Under the pieces are notes generated by a model. The model saw only the letters and a program-made list of their open reading frames with translations. It had not been told where the DNA came from and did not search any database. From positions 1 through 58,125 of the IMG/VR virus record IMGVR_UViG_3300020470_004573: DNA of 58,125 nucleotides; one strand, 5' to 3'. The position numbers and the translations under genes are program-made. This stretch comes from a virus. Lineage: Duplodnaviria > Caudoviricetes. Below are positions 20,601-35,600 of the stretch, in pieces; positions within the stretch are counted from its first letter, which is position 1; each line of letters opens with the position of its first letter.

Positions 20601-23600
20601 ATCTTCAAATGCATCTTTTTCTTCAAACATTATTCCATTACCATATTCTCTAGCATAAAAGTAAAATTGAACTTCGGTTCCGGCTGTTGTTTCGTTATAA
20701 TGTTCTGGTTGTAATTTAGGGTCATAGTATTCAAATACAGTAGAATAATTTCCAGATAATCTATATGATTCTCCTGTAAAACTCATTGGAGTTCTTGCAT
20801 CAACATCAGGAATAAAATCACCAGCTCCACCGTGAACAACTGTTTGGTCAAATGGACTTATATAAGAACCTGATGCTACAGAGTCCCATCTAACTAAATC
20901 TTCATATCCATCATCCGTTTCTCTGTATATAAAACATCCTAATTGAGGACGCTCATCTAAATCTACACTTTCAATTCTTCTTCGAGAGTTATTTAATGGT
21001 ACATTCAAAGTTTCTGGAATATTAACACCCTGCCAAGGTAGATATCGTTTTGGTAATGTTTGTTTGATTGGAATAACATAATTTATATCTAATCTTTTAG
21101 CATTATATCCAGTTTCAGTTCCACCTGATACATCATCATCAGGAACTGATGACCAATATGTATCAAAGGCTTGCATTACAACTTTATAAGTACCTACTTC
21201 TGAAAATCTATGTGTGTGTCCATACATTAATAAATCTTTAACCCAATTACCTTCTCTAGTATTACCATCACCTGTACAAGGCCAATTGTCTGGATGTTCA
21301 CACGCTCTCACACAATCTGTAGTTCCACTATAATCAACACCATCTATAATTGTACCATCAGGCCAAGGTAGTTGACACTCATCAGGTTCGTCTATACCAT
21401 AATCAGAACCATATCCTGGACAATAACTTCCATCAGGACAAACATATCTGTTAGTAAAGGTATTACCACTTTCTACATAAACTTCAGGTGGGTCTGTTGG
21501 TAAGGATTGTATTGGAGGATAATACCAATCTAATCCATATTCATTAAATGGATAAGCAATTGTCCAATCTCTCCAAGTTTTTGGATATCCATCTATTAAT
21601 TGAGCTTTGGTTGTTATCCATATACCACCAGCACCTTCAGAATCTTCGTCATTTTCACAATCAAGTCTATTGTCAATTTGATTACAACTAGTCCCATCTT
21701 CTAATTCGAATTGACAATCTGAACATCTACCCTCATATTCATTACAATCTTCATAATCAACCTCTTCACCATTTTCATCTACACAATGATAGATAGATAA
21801 ATCATATCTCCAGATTGTATCGTGGGTATCAGTTCCACCAGGATTAAAGTCTGGTTCTATTCCAGAACCTAACCAATTATAACCAATCCAAGTACCATCA
21901 GTACATTGTGCTTCTTGTCTATCATGTATAATATATGCGTTAAATTCGTGAGCTTCCCAATCAAAAGCTTCCCAAGTACCACCAAGACCATCACATACTG
22001 ACTCTTCTATACCCAAACAATAATCAGGACAATCCTCATCAAAACAACAAGACATACCTATTGTTTCACATACAGGTGGTGGGTCACATATTTCACCAGA
22101 AGGACAATCATCATCGGCTGTACAAGGTGTACTTGTAGTTACTGAACAAGTTCCAGTTTCAACACATCCACTTTCATAACAAACACCCAATGATGTACAT
22201 TCATCTGAAGTAATTTGCATTGGATAATGTGGGTCTTCATAGTGACTTAAACAATTACCATAAGTTACACACTCTCCAATTGTAACATCTGATTCACCAT
22301 TACTACAAGTACCTGAATTTTCAACACATACTCCATATGTTTCACAATTTAATTTATCATATTGATTATTTGGTGATTCTGTATTTGATTCATAATGTAA
22401 AGTGTCACAACTTCCATCAGAAGAATACATCGCAGCGTTTTTACTTAACCATCCACCATAGTTTGGATTTGGAAAATCATATACTCCAGTATTACCAACT
22501 TCATCATCCCAATATAATCTTTCTCTTAAATCACCTCCTGAAACAGAGAATAAATATGTATCAGGTGAAACTCCAAATGAACTTACCAATACTGGAACAA
22601 CTACTCCTTCGGGACCGGATGTATCTATTGAACTAATCTCAAACTCATATTTAACACAAGAACAAGTCATTGTCTCAAGGTGAGGGTCACATGTACAAGT
22701 CGTAGGAATACCTTTCCAATATAATCTTAAATCTTCGGGTGGAGTTTCAAATGGTGTTTGATTAGCATAAATTGTTACTGTCCAATGACCAACAGATTCA
22801 GGAGAACCTATAAATAAAGTTCCTTCAGGAGTAATGTTTATATTTAATGGTAAATCCTCTTCTGTATTAGAACTATAATACATTGTAAATGTAGGAACAT
22901 CATATGCATTGTTATTAGAATTTTCTGGGTCGGTGAAATCAACTGTATAAAGTCTGTCTTCTTCTTGACCAACTCTTAAAGTGATACCTGTTGTACTTAC
23001 ATCTTGTAATGTACCACCCGTATTTAATCCATTAATAACTAAAGGATAATCATTTCTAACCCATTTAACCCAAAGTCTTTTTGTTCTCTGTACATGAGTG
23101 AATCCATCACCATTTGGGTCTATAGAATTTTTATTTGGGTCTGTGACAGTAACTTCATAGAATCTTGTGATTTCAGTTAAATCATCTGGTGTATATCCAT
23201 AACCAGCTTCATAAGGGTCTATCCTAACACATTCATCACCAGTTTCTTGACAATCTTGGTCACTATATAAAATTTCACCACCATCAGATAATGCATAATC
23301 GTGCCATCCACCACCCATACCATCACATAAATCATTCCATTCTTCAGGTGTTGTATATCCAAATGGAGCTATTGTAGAATTACATACTCCATCCGATAAA
23401 TCAAATACTGAATAATTAAATGGATATTCTTCGGTTGTATACCAAGAAGCTCCTCGTTGATTAATACTATTACATTCACCACATCCATAAACACAAACAC
23501 CATCAAGAACCCCATCTCCATCATTGTCAGGTCCACAAGGTTCTCCACTACTTGTACAAGAAGCACCATATTGTCCAAACTCTTCAAATCCCTCACAACT

Positions 23601-26600
23601 AAATAATTCACATTCTTCATCTGATGGCCATTCAGTTATAAAATCACATACAGATTGTCCTGTACCAGTACCAGATGAAGCTATATAGTCTTCACAACTT
23701 TGTCCATCTGTTAAATCTCCACATAGAACATCGTACTCTGTCCCATATTCTTCTTTTGAAATGCAATATTCATTTGTAGGTAAAATTTCATATTGTATAC
23801 ATTCTTCTCGACATTCGTTATATGTCGTATACAATAATCCACTATCGTCACCTAAACAATTCCAACCTTGACCACCTGTAACAATTACTCTTAAGTCGTT
23901 GTCATCCCAAGTAGATTCAGTACAATCTTGTGGATTAAAATTACAATCTTCAGGTAAAAATTGACAAGGAAGTCCACCACTCTCCGAATCATTTACCCCA
24001 TTACAAGTAAAAGAACCTAATATAGGTTTTCTTAAAATAAGATAATCAATAATCCAATCACCACCAGCGTTATCACATTGTGTTTCAGTAAATATCTCTT
24101 CACTTTCAACACCCTCTATTTCACAATGAGCATTTTCATCCTTAAGTAATTCAACTCCAACTTCATCTACTTTTAAAGTTTGATTTTCATAATATTTTAT
24201 TTGAAGCATATAATCAAAAGGAAGTACACATCCACCATTTGTAATCCAAGTATTGCATCCATTACCTTCACATCCATAATCTGCAGATAGAGTAAAATCT
24301 CTTAAAGCATAATTGATAGCATCTGGGTCTAAACAACCACCATACAAACATTCATTATATGGGTCATATGTAGAACCATATAAGAAATTTACAGCTGGTG
24401 ATGGTGATAATAAACACTCAGTAACACAATCTATATCAGTTACAAAAGTTCTTGGCCAATCAAAATCATTTGATGAATCTAAACAAAAAGCTTCGTTAGA
24501 ATATTCAAGTAAAACATCACCACTACTACCAACACAAATACCGACCACACCATTTATTGTTCTACTACAAGTAGAGTCTTTTCCAAAATCAAGAATATTT
24601 CCGTTAGAGTTTTCACATTTATATGTTTCATCGAGAACATGTCCAAAAGAACCTTGATTGTTTTCATAAAATGTTCCATTAGGAGCTAAATTATCAACTC
24701 TACCATCATCTTGACAACCTATAACAGGATATCTACAACTTGAAGCACATTTTGCATCATCTACTGAACCTTCCCAATCACCTTGATTAATTGCAAACTC
24801 AACACATTGTGTATCGTTTGTACATTCAAAATTAATTTTAATATTACCATTACCATCTACACAATGATCCCAACTAGCTTGTGGGTCGTAGAATGCAGAT
24901 TTACTATCAAGAGATACTAAACATTCATTTGGAGAATTTAAAAGATGATGAGTAGAATCACAATAACTTTCAAAAACAGATGATGAATCATCAGTACAAC
25001 TATAATAATCAGTAATTCCATTAGAGTCACAAGACCCACACATATTAGAACAAGTATCACATATACAAGCACCATTAATCCAAACACCTTCACCATCTAT
25101 TATAGGTTCGTCAATACATCCTTGTTTTGTAATAATTGAAAATGTAACATTATCATACATTACACCTAAAGTAGGATAATTAAGTTCACCATATATAGGT
25201 AAAATTCCAGTAGAAGGATAATTAGTATGGTCACTTATAGTTGCATTGTTCCAAACAACATCTGTAATATCAAAATATTTATCATAATATTGAACACATC
25301 CAACTTTCCGTGTATCATCATCAATATCACCCTCACTCCAATAACATCCTGGCCAATCATCAATTCCGTTTTCACAATCTGATTGTGATAGAAATTGTTT
25401 ATCATTTCCGTCACCATCAACCCACCTTCCAAATGGTGTCGGACAATACCAATTACCAGTAGAAGTACCATCACTTCCGTTTGTCCAAGTTGGTAGTTCA
25501 CCTAATTGATTTAAACTTGGAGTTTCTGTCCATCCATTTCCAATAAATTCTATTGAAAAATCTCTATTAATATTAAAAGGTATAAAACTATATTGTATCT
25601 TTAACCAAATCTTATCATCTTTTGTAAAGTTCCAATCACAACTTTGTACATCAGGAGAATCACCTGAACAATTTGGAGATGACCAAGATTCCGAATCTCC
25701 CCCTATAGGTTTAACTACAGAAGCCGTCATTGTCGGTGAGTAATGGTCATTAGATACTGTAACAATTTCACTTTGTGCTTCTATTCCAAGACCACCTGTT
25801 GATACAATATAATAACTTACATCAGTAACAGCTGACCAATCTATATCATTTGTTCCATCTACAAATGTATCTGTAAACTGATAATTAACTTCAGTAGCAG
25901 ATACCTTTTCGTATGTGTAAAAATCACTTAAAACATCACCAAGAGAATACCAAGTAGCTCCCAAATCTACACTTCTATATATTGCAAATTTTTCTACACC
26001 TTCTTCATATCCCATACCCATATTTTGACCAGGGTCATATGACCATTTTAAAATAGTAGGGAAGTTAGAGTCGACTTGGTCATTTACTGTAACAACATAT
26101 CTACAAACTCCTCCTCCACATTGACTACCATCAATACATTCAATTGAAGGGTCATTATCACAATGTCCAGTTGCATATAATGGGACATCAAAATTATAAG
26201 AACAACAAGTGAAATCACCACCATTTAATACATTAACACAATCTAAAGATGGAGATGAAGAGTCATAATTATTTGCTTCCGAATCTAAACATTTAAATCC
26301 ACAATCATTTGGAGGGTCAATAGCATAAGAATCGTAACACACACCACATTCATCCAACTTATATTGACATTCTTCACCTAAATCATTACAAGTACAAGTT
26401 CCATTACAATCTTTATTGTTATTTACTTCACCAGGAGTATCCCAACATTCACCACATTCATCAGGTCCATAACCTGGACAAAAATCAGTTGATAAATAAA
26501 AATGTCCTGTAAAATCACTAATATTAGTACCTATACTATTTATGTCTGGTTGTGTTATTGATGGTAACCCATCTACAGTACCACCATAATAAACATTATT

Positions 26601-29600
26601 TTCATCTGACAAATTACCTACACAAATTCTTAATGTTGTAACAGGATAAAATGTTCCACCATCTTCACAAGTACAATCACCTTCAACAGCATTTGTACAA
26701 GTATATTCTTCTTCTGCTCCACCTTGACATACACCAATTTCACCAGTACAACCATCAAAGGATGGAGTGCCCGTTCTACATTCACCTGTACCTGTAGTTG
26801 TATAATCTAAATCTGGATAAACTGTTCTAAAGTCTGCAGGTGGACAACAATTACCCCAATCATCTACTTCATTTGTTCCACCACATTGACCACTACAATC
26901 AGCCACTCCATTATAATATGGTTGACCTTCAGTTGAACAACATTCATTAACAACATCATCGTATCCGTCTCCACCACATACACCACAAACATCAAAATCT
27001 ACAATTGGGTCACCTCCACTACCTACATTATTAGATGCACAATCATAACAACCACCTTCCCAAATATAACAATTACCATCACTATCAGGAGTTATAGTTC
27101 CAAGTCCTAAAACATTTGTCAAATCGTCTGGTTGAACTAAACAAGTTCCAAAGCATGAACCACATTCATCTATATCTTCACCAGCTTCGTGTTCTGTTGT
27201 CGTACCTGAACATACACCACAATCATCTATATATGAACCAAAGTTATTATCATATGGAAAATCCCAAGAAGATTCAAATTGTTCAGTATATGGAAAACAT
27301 ACACCATTACAATCTTGATTAGTACCTTCACCACTTGCTATATTTATAATAGAATTATTTTCAAGAGGAACTGAAATACCATTAGGTCCGTTGTTATAAC
27401 ATAAACCACAATCATCTACATATCTACAAACTCCTGTACCATTTTCGTCTTGAACACAGAATCCATTTTGTGGATATGTAGAATTACAATCAGTAGAACG
27501 AACTATTTCATCTCTACTCATATGTATAACTCTTACATCGGAAATTATAACCTGATGAGGTGGTAAATTATCACCACCCAAACCAAATCTTAAACTTGCG
27601 TGAGGATTACCTTGACCAGTTGATGGTTTTGTTACTTGAGAATTTGCAATAAATTCATAAACCTTATTTTTATCATTATTTGCGGTTACTTCAAAATTTT
27701 CATTTAAACCATATGTTTCCCAAGAAGTTCCATCTTCATCCCAATCTTCACCATTACTGTGTTCTATTAATCTAACATTGATAGTTCTATCTATCGTTGA
27801 CAATATCTTAAAAATAACTCTATATACATCACCCTCGTCAAGTGGAATATTACTTGGATATGATGGGAATACTTGAACATGATTTCTATCGAGTCCACCA
27901 TCATTAATTTGAATAGTAAATGATTCAGAATCTCCTTCCAGTATTTCTGAAGATGCACCTTCAGTTGTATTATTCCAAACAGTAAATTCGTTTATAGGTG
28001 TTCCTAATATATCTTCTCCGACAAAATCTGTAATACCGTATTCAGTATAACCTCCTAAAAATTGTTCTTCTGTCATCATATTATTAGTACAAACTTCAAC
28101 ACAATCACCATCACACCAAGTATCAAATGCACCAGGTGTACCATCAGGTGCAACACAATCACAATATTGGTCACCTATTAAATCTAATGTAGCTCTTGAA
28201 GGCCATAGTGAATATACAATATCATTATTACATGTACCACTACATTCAACATTACAACCTTGACCTTCTCTACAATGATACCAACCATTACCAGGGTCAA
28301 TATGTGGACAATTAGAATTTGTTATTTCACCACACCCTTGTAAATCTAAATCAGGGTCACCATAATATGTAATTTGTCCTACTCCGTGAACAGAATATTC
28401 CGTTGCACCATTTTGAGTTAAAGTATCTTCAGGACAATAATTACAACTATCTTTAAGACCAGGTAAACAACAATTGTATGTTGTGTTATATAATTCACTT
28501 TTATATAAACAACAAGTCTCATCACCATTTGAATCAAAACATCCGTTTGAATATCTATTACTATAATTACAAGTAGAATTATCTGAATCTTGACATCCAT
28601 ATCTTTTTAAATTTACGGCTACTTGTCTTTTATATCTCGGACCTGTCATTGTAGCACCTGTTAATGGGTCTGTTAATTCATACCAATTATAAGGCCACCA
28701 TATTGTAACATAGTTTGTACCCGAATAAGGACAAGGGTCTCCACCACAAGCAGTTGCAGAATCCCAATAAGAACTTTCCCAAGTCGAATTGGATAATACA
28801 ACATGATTTTCTGTTCCTGTTATATCATTTACATCTGTAAACGAGTATGTATTGTAACAAGTACCTGCTCCACCACCACAATCATCTAAATTAAAAGTAT
28901 TAGGACCATTTATTCCAAACACTCCCCTACCTACAAGAGTATTTATCGCACTTGCAGAATTTGATGTTATCGTATATGGGTCACCTGAACCTCTATCATA
29001 AGATAAGTTTGTTGTAAAATCATAATCAATATCATATTTAAAAGTTGACATATTATGTTGAACTGCATTATCTTGATTAAATACATTAAATTCAAGTGCT
29101 TGCCCATTAAAACTATTTATATATGGTGATGGTGTATGTGAAAGTCCATAGTCAAAGAAATCATTACATGTATTATTATATACATCTGTAGCATTACAAA
29201 AATGTTCATTTTGACTTAAAACTTCTGTTTTAGTTCCACCCACTTCAAAATGTGTAATATCAAATGTCGGATATTCACATTCAGGTTGATAATGTACATA
29301 ATCACATTCAAATATATCTAGTGTATAATCACATCCACAATTGTCAACAGATGTACAATTACCCGCATATGGGTCTAAACAACCATATGAAATATATAAT
29401 GGAGCTCCATATGAAACCACATTATGTAATGAAGTATCTAAATATGTATCACCTGCACTATCTCTATAAACATAAGTCCCACCATATTCAGCAGTTAAAT
29501 TATAAAAATCGATATAAAAACTATTATAGTTAGGTGACCAAGATGCTCCATTAACTAATAAATCTAATGTAAATAATTCTGTATCAGTTCCAATTGGAAT

Positions 29601-32600
29601 AGGTGTATTTGTAGTCATCTGTACTTGATATTGTAAGTAATCACCTTCATCAGTCGGAGAGTTAACAACAACAGTGTTAATGTTAGGATGTATTTTAGAT
29701 ACACTTCCTATAGTAATTGGGTCGTCACCTGGTTTAGAAAATAAATTAAAATGTATTTGAGTAATGTGACTAATTTCCGTAGTGTTAGTTATTCTAACCG
29801 GAAGTTTTCCTGTAGATGTGTTAAAAGTTCCAAAAGAAAATTCTGGTGCACATGTTGAACCATCACCATCACAGATACCACATACATCATTTTCTGGATA
29901 TCTTCCATCATTTGGATGACCATCATCTACACATTGACTTCCAGATTGGTCATATCCGTGATACCAACTTGAATCACAACCTTGAACACAACAATAGTCA
30001 GTACTAGATACACAATCTCCACAATTATTTGTCGAATGGTCATAGTCACCAGTATCACATGCAACATCTACACAATAACCATTTGTTCCACAAGGTTCTA
30101 AATAATCAGTACATCCCGATGTTCTTATTAATTCAACATTTGAAAATCTATATGAATTATTTTCATAACTATTGACAGAATAATGTGAACCATCTCTTAA
30201 ATATATCCTAATATTATCATCAGCATAATCTGGGTCGTACCAATGAGGTATAATCCATCTAGCCGTTACATTTCTCCAACCATCACCATCAGGTTCTGAT
30301 TCTGTTCCCCAGGGACTATCTGAATTATAATTCCAATATAAATAATCACCTGCCCACCAATCTACTCCTAAAGCAATAGCTTTTTCTTGACATAATACTG
30401 ATTGTTCGGCAGCAGTGCCTGTTATAGTGTAATCTACCCAAGCGTCTGCTTGGTCATTAGCAAAACAACTTGCAGCTGAGTTACATCCAAGATGACATCT
30501 ATATGATGGGCTTCCAGAAGCATAAAGAGAAGTTGCAACTTTTCTATTGTTTTCACTCCAATATCTAAATGATAATACTAATTCTTCTCCAGGAATTAAA
30601 CCACCAATAGTATGGTCAACATTTATAATCCGTAAACCATTGTTATTTGATAAACATGGGTCTGTATCATTACCTTCTAATTCCATTTTTGTACAACTTA
30701 CACCAGAAACTTCTTTTCCTGGATTACCAAGATTATCCACTATATCCGTTACAACCATCGCATTATCAGTACAATTAGTATTTGGATGACTTGAACAACT
30801 CCAAGAAAATGGATCAACATCATCAGGAATACCACTGTAAATTATAGTTTGATTTATAGCACCATCAGTTCCATCACTACATATTAAGTCACCAGTTATA
30901 CCTCGACAATCAACTGTTGAATTATAATCTGTTGAACCATCTCTACAATATCCACAATCATCATATTGATGAGTTCCATCACAAGCTAAATTATGTTCTT
31001 CTTTTGTTGTCCAAGAACCTGAACACTCACATTGACCACCACAATCAGTTGTATGAGGTCCGTCACATACACCCGCACAATCTTTTGTTTCTCCAGCAAC
31101 TGTAACTTGACCAAGATAATTTCCACCAAGATTATATGGAGTATAATCAGAAGTTCCTGTTATACAATATCCACAATCGTCTACACTATATTGACATTGA
31201 GGTCCACAAAAAGTATCATAACAAACACAAGAACCTGTTCCTTCTGTTGTTCCGTTTCCATTAGTACAACAACTTGTATAATCACAACAAGAATAATCAG
31301 TTCCATCTTTAACAGGAGGGTTAGCACAATCAGTTGTACCTGATGTAGAACAAGCATTTGCATCTAAACATCCAGAACAAGATGTGTTATCACCAGCACA
31401 AACACCACAATCATCAGTATCATTCGAATAACAATCACATTGCCCATCGTCATTATTAGTTACCCAACTTCCACTCATACTACTAACTAATGGATAAACA
31501 GTTCCAACATTTACAATTGTATCACCTTGAGAAAGACATAATGTCGATGCACTACCACAACCTAAACCATCACCATCTTCGTCTAAATAATATTGGCCTG
31601 GAGAAGGTCCGTTCGATGAAGAACCATAATTACAACCACAACCTACATTTGTTGCATTATTACCATTTGGTATACCACAATTATCTAAACAAAAACTATT
31701 CCAATATAAGTCTAAACACAGACCTCCAGTATCTGATACTACAGGGTCTTGAAAATCTCCACATATACACTTACCACATTCATCTGTTAAAGCAGTTCCA
31801 CTACATACACCTGCACAATCTGCGTCATCACCAACAACAAAACAAAATGTAGGATATGGACAATCTGATAAATTAGGATTATTTCCTAATTGTTTACAAG
31901 GAACACCTGTATTGAATGTTCCACTATAACAAGTTCCAGTTTCATTACCACCTTGATTTTGACAAACTCCACATGCATCTTTACTAGAATTTGCAACATA
32001 ATTATTTCCACCACAATTGTCACCGATACAAGAACATATTCCACAATCATCTATTTCATTAGTACCATTTGGAACATTGAAACAATCTGAACAAGATGAA
32101 TTATCTCCATCACAAACACCACATTCATCAAATTCATTAGAGAAACAGGTTTCGTCTTCATCATTGTCACAAGTATTATTCCAACCAGTCGTATCATCGT
32201 ATGGACAAAATTCTTGTTCTACTTCACAATTTGATGTTCCATCTCCATCCGTATCATAATAATATGTTGTTGTTCCATCACCTTCACATATACCACATTC
32301 ATCTCTACCACAATTTGTTAATGGTGTAGTATCATCACCAGGAGAACTACCATCAGCAGTTACCTCATTACAAGAACCAAGATGAGTTTGACAAGCACCG
32401 GCAATAATATTATAACCTTCACCAGCACCACAACCCTCATCAGTAGAAACATTATCTCCTGGTGCACAAGTTCCTTGACAATCTTTTGACCTTCCTTGAC
32501 CATTACATACACCACATTCATCATATTGAGTACCACCACAAACTGCGTTATGACCAGCATAATCACCAAGTGTCCAAGAATCAGAACATTCACAATCACC

Positions 32601-35600
32601 ATTACAATTTAGTGTAGCAGTACCATTAGGAGTTCCCTCACAATCACAACAAGTACAAGTACTAGATGGACAAGTTGTTAAACCTGTTCCATTTGGCCAT
32701 TGAGTCCATTCAGTACTCCAACAAGTTCCTCCACATACACCACATAAATCTTCCCTAACCCACGAATTACATTGGTCTGTCCAAGCTTGACCAGGGTCTA
32801 CACTACCACCATCACAAGGAGCTACATTACCAGCACAATCTTGACAATCAGTTGTTGTATAAGTTGGGTCACATTGACCACAAGCATTCCAAGTTTGATT
32901 CGGACATTCACAATTTAATGCAGTTGTTTCAACTCCACTCGCTTTATTTGCATATCCTGCAGGTTGTGTACATTGAGATTGTTGACCACCTATAAGACCA
33001 CCACCATCATCTAAAGATGGAGGACATCCTATACCATCCGAGTCAGAATCTAAATACCAAACAGGAACACCATTTGTAGTTGTTCCATTTTCAAGAGTAC
33101 AATCATAACCATCTGGACAAGGTGGAGGATTACCACAAGAATAAGTTGCAGTACCCCAATTACAACTATTATTTGTATTAGAACCATTAACTACACTTGC
33201 ACAATCACAACACGCATGTAAATTTGAAGGGTTTGGATATTGTACATTTCCATGTGCAACTAAACAATCTGCGTTAGTCCATATACCAGTTCCACCACTT
33301 GAATATCCATTTTGATGACAATTAGTACAATTATCAATTGTGTAATTACAAGCCATACTATATTGGTCATCAGTTGGACAAGAACATCCACCATTACAAT
33401 CCCACCATAAATTTCCACTACCACAAGCACCTGATGAATCACATTTATTTGTATTTACACATACACCATTATCACAAGACCATAATGTACAATTAGTTGG
33501 AGTGTTACTACAAGCAGTACCACTTGTAGGATTACATTGAGTTGTACCATCACTACATAAAAACCAATCACCATTTAGAGGTTCAGGTCCTTCAACACAA
33601 TTTCCTGTATCATCATAAATTTTACCACTACCTGGAATACCATCACAACCTGCACAAGAATGACAAGTTCCACTAACAAGAGTATCAGAACATTGCTCAT
33701 AACAATATGTACAAGTCTCTCCATTATCATTATACCAACACCCATCAGAATAATCAGAAGCAGCACATTGATTACAATTGTCAGTAGCTGTATGTGCATC
33801 ACCTGTACGATATGGATGTCCATTACAATCTGTACTTAATGTATCGGTATCAATAATATTAAATCCACCAGATTCATTAGTAGAAAAAGTAATTATTGGT
33901 GATGTTTGGTCTATTGAAAAACTTAATGAATTATTTCTTATATTTAAAGTTTGATTATCATCTTGATTTACATCATCTATAAGACTCTCATATGTAACTG
34001 TAAAAAGAGTATTACCGACAGTACAAGTAGAATCTGAACAAGGGAAGTCACCATAAGAACTCGGAGTTGGAAGAGGTATTGAAATAGTTTGATTTAATGT
34101 AATCAAAGATTGAGGATTATCTGGTAATCCGGTATGTTCAAAGTCACAAGTCCAATTAGCATTTGGAGGTTCACAAGAAGTAACTTTTATACCATCTAAA
34201 GTTATTTGATTTATTTCATCTACTGGTCGTGGATTCCACATTTTAAATGTAAGAGTATTTGTTGAATGCTCAACATCACCAAAATATAAATAAACATCCC
34301 ACATACAACTACCATCATCAACAACACAAGGTGAAGAACAACTATTATCCATAGTGTCTGCTAAACCTGTACAACAATCTTGGTTTATTTCTCCACCAGT
34401 ACACAAATCTTCTTGACCATCACCTGATTCATCACACCAATAATTGTTAGCATTAGAATGTGTACAATCATTAACTAATTGATAATAACAACTATTATTG
34501 TTATTTTCTTCATCATCTAATACCCACAATGGTAATTGTTCAGGTTGAGTAGCTACACCACTTGGACATATATCAGTATTAAAAACAAACTCATCTCTTC
34601 TACATATATAATTTAAAGCATCAACATCAGTACATACTTTATACCAAGTACCATCACAATCAGCTTCATTTATATTTAAATCCTCTTGTGTAAAATCGTC
34701 ACACCATCCACTTAAAATACTTGTAGAATATATTTGATTTACATCTATAGGTGTACCATAATTGTCTGCAAAATCAAATTCAGGTGGTAATGTAGTTTCT
34801 TGATTATTTGATGCATTAGGTTCTATAAAATCTATTTCTGAACCACTATAGTTTAAAAAACTATAAATACGATTTAAAGAAGAACCTGTTTTAAGTAATG
34901 GGGCAGAGTTAGTATCATCCAAATCCCAATTATTCAAATCAGTTATATGTTCTATTAAAGGTATGGCACCTGGGTTATGAGAATTATATTCAAGGGGATA
35001 ACCCTTTGGATAGGTGCCAGAAATTGTTCTGTCGTAACAAAAAATTGATTCCATTTGAGGAAAATACGACTCGTCTGGATTTGATTTCCATAAAATTATT
35101 TTACCACTACCGTGAACTTCACCCGCATGTTGATTTCTATAATCTATCCACGGCGTAGATGTACATTCATTATCTACAACTTGTATTTGTTTATCTAATT
35201 TAAAATCAGTAAAAGAAATGTTTAAAGGTAATAATGTTGCATTAATTCCAACCCATTCATTTTCAAGTGTTTCTAAATCACCTTCGATATCATTAATTAA
35301 ATCACCGAAACTTAAATTGGGTGAAAATTCTCCACTAGAATTAAAAACTCCATAATTATTTTCTTCGTGGTTACTTATAACTACATATTTATCACCGTGA
35401 CGAACAAAAATACAAGTGTCATCACAATTGTCATTACAATCTGAAAAATTATAATATTCGTGAGGTGAATTAGAAGGACAATAATAATTGTGAATAGGAC
35501 TATTATCTTTTGACTTCATGATAGATTTATAAATAAAACCATTATTATTATTTTCAGTATATCCATCAATACCACTTAAAGGTGAAAGTGATATTCTATC

